This document shows, piece by piece, positions 57,558-64,000 of a DNA stretch of 64,000 nt. Position 1 is the stretch's first letter, and every line of letters starts with the position of its first letter. The DNA is taken from NCBI GenBank assembly GCA_902559345.1, contig CACEHH010000003.1, positions 1,316 through 65,315 of the forward strand. The letters run 5' to 3'. The notes beneath the pieces were generated by a model. That model worked only from the letters and a program-made list of their open reading frames with translations, was not told where the DNA came from and ran no database searches. A program made the translations under genes and the position numbers. Origin of the DNA: an uncultured SAR86 cluster bacterium. GTDB lineage: Bacteria; Pseudomonadota; Gammaproteobacteria; Magnimaribacterales; D2472.

Positions 57558-57576
57558 ATGTTTACACTGTAAACAT
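57558..57576. promoter_or_regulatory. Perfect 19-bp palindrome ATGTTTACA-C-TGTAAACAT, candidate operator (or weak hairpin) 18 nt upstream of the diiron oxygenase start
   Basis: Read directly from the sequence. It has 9-bp arms around a single central C and sits in the 57-bp spacer between cobT and the next ORF. Confidence 0.3.
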
Positions 57577-57594
57577 TATTTAGAGAGCTATTCT

Positions 57595-58701
57595 ATGAAG
57601 ATACATAAGCAAGATGGACCACCTGAGGATCTTTTATATTTTGATGAAGATTTAAATCTGACTCAGAAACAAGTAGAGGATGTTGTAGAAATTTTTCATA
57701 CACCTCTTACAGGTGCATATAACTGGGATTACACAGATGCAGATAATCGAATAAAAAAACTCTATGAGCTTGGTAAAGAATTAAACTGGAATGGTTCTAT
57801 TGATCTTAATTGGGATTATTCGCATCCAGCAGATGAAAGAATTATTGAAACTGATGAAGAACTTCCTCATGAAGCTCTTGATGCCTATAACGATCTTTCA
57901 GAAGAAGAAAAAATACTCTTTGATAGGCATAGCACTGCTGAACTTATGAGCCAATTTCTTCATGGAGAGCAAGGTGCTCTTTTAGTTGCTTCACAATTGG
58001 CAAGTTGTGCACCCTCTTATAATGCAAAACTATATGCTGCTTCTCAGACATTTGATGAAGCTCGACATGTCGAGGTTTTTAATAAATATCTTCAAGATAA
58101 AATAGGTATTCATTATCCAATCAATCCTAATTTAAAGTTATTGCTTGACAAAATTCTTACAGATGAAAGATGGGATTTAAAATTTATAGGAATGCAAATA
58201 ATTATTGAAGGGTTAGCATTGGCTGCATTTCAGATGCTTAAATCTATTACAAAAGACCCGTTATTAAAACAATTACTTCATTATGTTGTTCGTGATGAAG
58301 CAAGACATGTAACTTTTGGTATAAATTATTTAGAGGATTTTATTAAGACATTATCGCCTGAAGAAATAGAAGAAAGAGCACAATTTGCATATGAGGCTTG
58401 TGTTATATCAAGAGACAGATTAATTAATACAAAAGCGGAACAAAGATTTCTTAAAATGTCTGAGGATGAAGCAAGAGAATTTTCTTTAAATACTGGAAGT
58501 TTTGAATTATTCAGAAATTTCTTATTTTCTAGAGTAATACCTAATTTATCGAGAATTGGTCTCTTAACTGATTCTGTCAGGCCTAAATTTGAGGCTTTAG
58601 GCTTATTAGAATATGAGCACGCCCCTGATGATTTTGAATGTGATTGGGCGGAAATGAAAAAGCCTTTAGAACAATTTGGACAAATACCTACAACTTTATA
58701 A
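57595..58701 (+). CDS. Ferritin-like diiron-carboxylate oxygenase of unknown substrate (AurF / R2-like superfamily)
   Basis: 368 aa. It carries the canonical E...EXXH...E...EXXH ligand set: HGEQGALLVASQL, FDEARHVEVF, IIIEGLALAAF, and VRDEARHVTFG. Confidence 0.65.
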   Translation: MKIHKQDGPPEDLLYFDEDLNLTQKQVEDVVEIFHTPLTGAYNWDYTDADNRIKKLYELGKELNWNGSIDLNWDYSHPADERIIETDEELPHEALDAYNDLSEEEKILFDRHSTAELMSQFLHGEQGALLVASQLASCAPSYNAKLYAASQTFDEARHVEVFNKYLQDKIGIHYPINPNLKLLLDKILTDERWDLKFIGMQIIIEGLALAAFQMLKSITKDPLLKQLLHYVVRDEARHVTFGINYLEDFIKTLSPEEIEERAQFAYEACVISRDRLINTKAEQRFLKMSEDEAREFSLNTGSFELFRNFLFSRVIPNLSRIGLLTDSVRPKFEALGLLEYEHAPDDFECDWAEMKKPLEQFGQIPTTL

Positions 58702-58756
58702 CTTTAAATTTATTATAAAGTCCATATCTTATTAACATATAAATGGAGAATTAATT

Positions 58757-59503
58757 ATGTCAAAACACTCTGCTCTAAATACATTTGGTAGATCAGGTAA
58801 TCCTGCTTTTACAAAAAATTTTAGAGGTTCATATGACCTCCCTATAAATGAAAGAATGACTTTAGATGGTGCTGTAAATAAAACTGGTATCTTATTGTCG
58901 CTATGTTTTGGTGGGGCTTTTATTGGATGGAATATTCCATTATTAATGATCCCTGCTGCAATTATTGGATTTATTTTAGCTCTAGTTACAATCTTTAGAA
59001 GCCCTTCAAAAGCTGGATCTACGGCACCATTATACTCTTTATCACAAGGTATATTTTTAGGGGGAATCACAATGATCTTTGAAGATCAATTTCCTGGAAT
59101 AGCAATTCAGGCAATTGGACTAACTTTTGGAATACTTGCATCTTTGTTGTTTTGCTATAAAAGTGGAATTATCAAACCCACTGAGAATTTCAGACTTATG
59201 GTCTTTTCGGCTACGGTTGGTATAGGAATTATTTATTTAATTAGTATCTTAATGAACATTTTTGGTGATGGTCAAGAAACTATGATGATTCATCAAACTG
59301 GTCCATGGGGAATAGGTTTTTCACTTTTTGTTGTAGGTATTGCATCTTTAAATCTAGTCTTGGATTTTGATTTTATTGAAGAAGGCGCTGAACAAGGAAT
59401 GCCAAAATATATGGAATGGTATGGAGCCTTTTCATTGATGGTTACTCTTATATGGCTTTATATGGAAATTCTCAGGCTTCTTGCAAAATTAAGAAGTAGG
59501 TAA
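58757..59503 (+). CDS. Bax-inhibitor-1-like / YccA-like integral membrane protein
   Basis: 248 aa. N-terminal RSGNPAF motif followed by about seven hydrophobic helices, as in the 'Bax inhibitor 1 like' family. Confidence 0.6.
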   Translation: MSKHSALNTFGRSGNPAFTKNFRGSYDLPINERMTLDGAVNKTGILLSLCFGGAFIGWNIPLLMIPAAIIGFILALVTIFRSPSKAGSTAPLYSLSQGIFLGGITMIFEDQFPGIAIQAIGLTFGILASLLFCYKSGIIKPTENFRLMVFSATVGIGIIYLISILMNIFGDGQETMMIHQTGPWGIGFSLFVVGIASLNLVLDFDFIEEGAEQGMPKYMEWYGAFSLMVTLIWLYMEILRLLAKLRSR

Positions 59504-59506
59504 AAT

Positions 59507-59710
59507 TTGAACTATATTTTTGGGATAATCGCAGTTGCATCTTTATTAATTTTTTTTAATCTTGCAAAGGTAAGAGCCTCTGAAAAACAAAGAAATAGAG
59601 AAAATAAGATAGACTGGTCTATAAGCAGATATCATAATTTTTATAAGGGTTTTTTAGTTCTGGTTGTTGTAGTTTTATTATCTGCTTTGATAATTAGTAT
59701 CTTTATATAA
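59507..59710 (+). CDS. Hypothetical small two-TM membrane protein
   Basis: 67-aa ORF with a TTG start 3 nt after the preceding stop. Two hydrophobic helices flank a basic loop (KVRASEKQRNRENK). There is no homology evidence. Confidence 0.3.
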   Translation: MNYIFGIIAVASLLIFFNLAKVRASEKQRNRENKIDWSISRYHNFYKGFLVLVVVVLLSALIISIFI

Positions 59711-59744
59711 TTTGAAGGTTAAAATATCAGATTAAAGGAATATT

Positions 59745-61943
59745 ATGAATTTAAAAAAAATCAATCTAAGTAAATATTTTATAAGCCTAGCTTTTTTATT
59801 CCCGTTAATAATTGTTAATGCAGATAATCATGCTCCTATAATACAACCTGGAGCACCTGGGAATCCTTCAAAAATTCTTGATGCTAAAGAAGCAACAAAT
59901 ATATCTAATACATCATATATAAAAGCTGATGTTAAATTTCTTCAAGGGATGATTGTTCATCATGAGCAAGCAATTCTTATGTCTAATATGGCAGGTGAAA
60001 GAACAAATAATAAAACGATACTTGATCTTGCTAAAAGAATTGACGTTTCTCAAGCTGATGAAATTAATTTTATGGAAAGCTGGTTAAAACAAAGAAATGA
60101 ATATGCTGATAATTCTCATGAAAATCATCATATGCATAGAAAACATCATATACATGCAAGTCATAATATGCATTTAGATATGGCTGGTATGGCTACACCT
60201 AAGCAACTAGATGATTTAAAAAAATCAAGCAGTACAGATTTTGATAGATTATTCCTTCAGCTAATGATTACTCATCACGATGGCGCATTAGAAATGGTTG
60301 AAGAATTAAAAAAATATCCAGGAAATGCATATGACCCTATTTTAAATGAATTCGTAGCAGACCTTGTGAATGATCAAGGCGTTGAAATAGAGAGAATGAA
60401 TACTATTTTGGTTGATCTCTCAGATGATCCAAGATCTGGACTAGCACCTGGTTTGTATATTGCTGATGAAGCTATATTGAATATGGAATTAATAGTCTCA
60501 CTTAAAAAGCCAACTGGTTTCTTTGATCCTAACAATCCTGAAGCAAAAGGATCAGAAGACTTAACAGAGGACAATGAAAATAAAACTACTGCAGAGGTTT
60601 CAAGATCTCTTCGATCACCAATGCTGTCTTTTGCAAACACCGATATGGCATTCAAAGATAATATTCTTGTTGCAGGAAGTTATCATGGCTTTAATATTTA
60701 TGAACTAAAACCCAATGGGATTCCAAGCCTTGTTTCTTCCGTTGTATGTCCAGGAGGTCAAGGAGATGTATCAATAGTTGATGATTTGCTTATTATGTCT
60801 GTTGAGGAAAATAGAAGCAGAATTGATTGTGGTTTAGAGGGAGTTAATAGAGATTCAAGCCCTAACAGATTTAGAGGTATAAGAATCTTTGATATTTCAG
60901 ATTTAAATAAGCCTAGACAAGTTGGAGCTGTTCAAACATGTAGAGGATCACATACACATTCAGTAGTCTCTAGTTCAGATGAAAAAATTATTGTATATAA
61001 CTCAGGTACTGGTCGTGTTAGAGATAATGAAGAATTATCTGAATGTTTTGGCTGGGATGGCGGAGGAACATCATATTTTACGATTGATGTAATAGAAATA
61101 CCTGTGAATAATCCATCAGAATCAAAGATTGTTAAAAGTCCAGCTGTCTTTATGGATATAGAAACAGGTAGGGTTGCTGGTTTATGGCGTGGTGGAGACC
61201 ATGGAGATGATACTCAAGAAACCTCACCAACTGATCAATGTCATGATATAACTGTGTTTCCTTCCGCAAATATTGCAGCAGGAGCATGTTCAGGTAATGG
61301 AATTTTATTTGATATAACAGATCCATATAATCCTAAGAGATTGGATGTTGTTTCAGATGTTGGTTTCGCTTACTGGCACTCAGCTACTTTTAACAATGAT
61401 GGTACTAAAGTAATTTTTACAGATGAATGGGGCGGCGGAGGCCGCGCAAGATGTCGCGCATGGGATCCTTTAGATTGGGGTGCTGATGCTATATATGACA
61501 TTGTTGATAATAAACTAGAATTTAAAAGCCACTATAAAATGCCTGCTCCTCAATTAGAAACTGAAAACTGTGTTGCTCATAATGGATCAATCATTCCTAT
61601 TCCAAATAGAGATATATTTGTTCAAGCTTGGTATCAGGGTGGTATTTCTATTATGGATTTTACAGACTCTTCTAATCCAAAAGAAATTGCTTATTTTGAT
61701 AGAGGTCCAATACTAGAAGATTTATTAATCACTGGTGGTTATTGGTCAACATATTTTTATGAGGGTTTTATTTATGGAACTGAAATTACTAGAGGTTTAG
61801 ACGTCTTTAGATTAATTCCAAGCGAATATATTAGTAAAAAAGAAATAGAGGCTGCATCTAATGCATTTCCTGCAGTTGGCGATAATGTTTTTAATCCTCA
61901 ACAGCAATTTCCAATGGCATGGCCTGATACTTATTTAGAATAA
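59745..61943 (+). CDS. Secreted fusion protein: DUF305 four-helix domain with His-rich insert plus LVIVD-repeat beta-propeller
   Basis: 732 aa. Signal peptide ...FPLIIVNA/DN. The two DUF305 half-motifs are FLQGMIVHHEQAILMS and FLQLMITHHDGALEMV. The His-rich insert HENHHMHRKHHIHASHNMH lies at 60117..60173. The C-terminal approx 450 aa carry LVIVD-type repeats (GDVSIVDDLLIMSV, CHDITVF, AHNGSIIP) and many conserved-looking Cys/His. Confidence 0.7.
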   Translation: MNLKKINLSKYFISLAFLFPLIIVNADNHAPIIQPGAPGNPSKILDAKEATNISNTSYIKADVKFLQGMIVHHEQAILMSNMAGERTNNKTILDLAKRIDVSQADEINFMESWLKQRNEYADNSHENHHMHRKHHIHASHNMHLDMAGMATPKQLDDLKKSSSTDFDRLFLQLMITHHDGALEMVEELKKYPGNAYDPILNEFVADLVNDQGVEIERMNTILVDLSDDPRSGLAPGLYIADEAILNMELIVSLKKPTGFFDPNNPEAKGSEDLTEDNENKTTAEVSRSLRSPMLSFANTDMAFKDNILVAGSYHGFNIYELKPNGIPSLVSSVVCPGGQGDVSIVDDLLIMSVEENRSRIDCGLEGVNRDSSPNRFRGIRIFDISDLNKPRQVGAVQTCRGSHTHSVVSSSDEKIIVYNSGTGRVRDNEELSECFGWDGGGTSYFTIDVIEIPVNNPSESKIVKSPAVFMDIETGRVAGLWRGGDHGDDTQETSPTDQCHDITVFPSANIAAGACSGNGILFDITDPYNPKRLDVVSDVGFAYWHSATFNNDGTKVIFTDEWGGGGRARCRAWDPLDWGADAIYDIVDNKLEFKSHYKMPAPQLETENCVAHNGSIIPIPNRDIFVQAWYQGGISIMDFTDSSNPKEIAYFDRGPILEDLLITGGYWSTYFYEGFIYGTEITRGLDVFRLIPSEYISKKEIEAASNAFPAVGDNVFNPQQQFPMAWPDTYLE

Positions 61944-61963
61944 TTTTAGATAAATTTAAGATT

Positions 61964-62776
61964 ATGAACATAGCTTTTGATTTTGGTATTACTAATACAG
62001 ACGTAGTAATTAATAATAAATCCAAGAATCGATTCTTTACCTTCCCAACTGAAAAAATAGATAAAAATTTTATTTCGAAAATATTAAGTTTAATAGAAGT
62101 TAATTTAAATGAAATAAAAAATATTGCTGTCACTGGTGGAAAATCAAATGATCTTGATGATGAATATATGAGCATACCTATAACAAAAATTAATGAAGTT
62201 GACGCTATAGGAAAAGGAGTAAAAGAATTATACAAGACTGGCGAGAATCCATTTGTTGCTATTAGTGCAGGAACAGGCACAGCATGCATTTATCATGCTG
62301 ATGGAAAATTTAATTACTTAGGCGGAATATCTATAGGCGGAGGCACTCTTCAAGGCCTATCAAAACATTTAATTAACAATACAAATAATGAAGATATTGA
62401 AGAATTAGCAATTACAGGTAATAGAAAAGAGTTAGATTATCTTATCGGAGATATTGCTAATGAAATAGGCTCTCTAAACTCAGAAATTACGGCTTCAAAT
62501 TTTGCAAAAGCTAAAAATTTAGATAGCCTGTCTTCTAATGATGTAGCAGCTTCAATAACAAATATGATAGGCGAAGTTATTGGAACTGTTGCTTATCTTA
62601 ATGCTATGTTATGTGGTGAAAACAAAGTTTATTTCTTAGGTCGAGTTTCGTTAAATAGTAATATAAAATCAGCTATTGAAGATAGATTAAAATTAGCAAA
62701 TATCACTGGTATCTTTGAAGATAAAAGAGAATATGGTAATGTACTCGGAGCATTAAATTGCATACAAACAAAATAA
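61964..62776 (+). CDS. Type II pantothenate kinase (Staphylococcus/eukaryote-type, acetate-and-sugar-kinase/Hsp70/actin fold)
   Basis: 270 aa, collinear with S. aureus type II PanK as I remember it: FDFGITNTD (vs IDAGGTLIK), VTGG, EVDAIGKG, AISAGTGTACIY...LGGISIGGGTLQGL (vs VGTGTSLHY...VGGIGTGGGMIQGL), ITASNFA (vs LTAANFG), IGEVIGT, and VYFLG. Confidence 0.8.
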   Translation: MNIAFDFGITNTDVVINNKSKNRFFTFPTEKIDKNFISKILSLIEVNLNEIKNIAVTGGKSNDLDDEYMSIPITKINEVDAIGKGVKELYKTGENPFVAISAGTGTACIYHADGKFNYLGGISIGGGTLQGLSKHLINNTNNEDIEELAITGNRKELDYLIGDIANEIGSLNSEITASNFAKAKNLDSLSSNDVAASITNMIGEVIGTVAYLNAMLCGENKVYFLGRVSLNSNIKSAIEDRLKLANITGIFEDKREYGNVLGALNCIQTK

Positions 62777-62803
62777 GTAAATTTTTTATATAATCCTAAG
62801 AAT

Positions 62804-64000
62804 ATGGAAGTAGTTACCGATAAATCGATCATCATTACTCTTGCGATACCAGTATTTTTTTTACTGATAATAGTTGAATACATTTATGGAAGGTTTGTTG
62901 GTAAAAATACTTATCGTCTCAATGATACTGTGACTAGCATTACCATAGGTATGATAAGTAGGTTTCCAACTATGTTAAACCTTGGTGCGCAAAGTGTAAT
63001 ATTCTTATTTATAAGCAATTATTTAACCAAGAATGGTTTAGCATTACTTTCTGTCAAAAACCCATTTACTTGGATAATTGCGTTTCTATTATATGATTTA
63101 TCCTATTATTGGATGCATAGAATGCATCATGAAATAAAAATATTATGGGCAACACACAGCGTTCATCATCATGGTGAAGACTATAATCTTGCTACTGCGC
63201 TAAGACAAACTAGCACTGGTTGGTTATGGAAATGGATTTTTTATATGCCAATGATTCTTCTGGGAGTTCCAGTTGAAGTTTTTATAGCTGTTGCTGGTGT
63301 AAATCTAGTATATCAGTTCTGGGTTCATACCGAACATATAGGTAATCTAGGTTTTTTTAGAAAAGATATTTATTACACCGATGAACCATCGAATACATCA
63401 TGCTAAAAACAAAGAATATATCGATGCTAATTATGGTGGTGTATTTATAATCTGGGATAGGATGTTCGGAACATACACGCCGCAAAGAGAAGACTTGGAG
63501 CCAGTATATGGAACTGCTACACCTTTAAACAGCTGGAATCCTATGTGGGCAAATTTTCAAGTTCTTTCAATCATGGTCAAAGATACGATTAAAACTAAAT
63601 CATGGAAAGATAAAGTTAAGGTGTGGTTTTCACAAACATATTGGAGACCGGATGATTGTATTGAAGAAAAAGATCCTAATGATTTTTACAAAAAATTTAA
63701 TCCTGAGATTAGTGGTGATGTAAAACTATTCGGATTTTTTCAAATGTTGTTTACAATTGGAGTATCAGGCTCTGTTCTAACATTTGTTTCTTTGCATGAA
63801 TATTCCGAAATCGTAATTTTTGGCGTTATTATTATAATAATATCTTCGCTCACAGCTTATTTAATGCAAGCAAGAACATTAGCCTACCGTTTAATAATGT
63901 TTTTTTCTTTTTTTACTATTTTTGGGATATATTATTTTGATTTTCTTAATATAGAGCTTATCTCAACAAAATTACTTTTAGCGCAGTTGTGTATGAATAT
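62804..64000 (+). pseudogene. Fatty acid hydroxylase / sterol desaturase family membrane diiron protein, interrupted by a +1 frameshift in a T7 run; 3' end beyond the window
   Basis: His boxes HRMHH and HSVHHHGEDYN lie in the 62804 frame, which ends at 63406. The third box, TPMNHRIHHAKN...NYGGVFIIWDRMFGTY, continues in the +1 frame to the window edge. Removing one T from the T7 run at 63352..63358 gives a continuous HIGNLGFLEKIFITPMNHRIHH. Confidence 0.8.

Overview
Visibly AT-rich, very gene-dense chromosomal segment with about 60 protein genes. Most gaps are under 100 bp and many neighbours overlap by 1-23 nt. Core synteny is gammaproteobacterial: serC-gyrA, pntAA-pntAB-pntB, ubiG-HAD-yciK-like, rluB-scpB-scpA, xseB-ispA-dxs convergent with pgpA-thiL, glyA-nrdR-ribD-ribB-ribH-nusB, miaA-hflK-hflC-purA, waaA/lpxL, algC-slmA, mrcA divergent from aroK-aroB, and gltB/gltD-hemE. 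This fits a streamlined, probably marine, gammaproteobacterium, but that is inference only. I saw no rRNA, tRNA, CRISPR array, transposase or intact prophage. The items most worth a second look are listed here. (1) A DnaT-like protein with two tandem DnaT-type domains sits next to a phage-lambda-P-like protein among housekeeping genes. (2) An 87-codon stop-free in-frame extension precedes gltD; it resembles an integrase arm-type DNA-binding domain and lies beside an inverted gltB. (3) miaA has its P-loop upstream of the first ATG/GTG/TTG, which implies a non-canonical start. (4) A methyltransferase / alpha-alpha-toroid / methyltransferase / GT4 cassette is attached to waaA-lpxL. (5) A co-directional right-hand block contains cobS-cobT without cobN, an unassigned diiron oxygenase preceded by a perfect 19-bp palindrome, a BaxI-like membrane protein, a secreted DUF305 / His-rich / LVIVD-propeller fusion, a Staphylococcus-type type II pantothenate kinase, and a fatty-acid-hydroxylase gene broken by a +1 frameshift in a T7 run. 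(6) Several losses or rearrangements relative to conserved gammaproteobacterial operons: hfq-hflX, pilMNOPQ and ribE are absent from their usual places, nusB is uncoupled from thiL, and the RibB C-terminal domain lacks the GTP cyclohydrolase II zinc cysteines. All homology statements rest on reading the translated ORFs against remembered family signatures; no searches were run.
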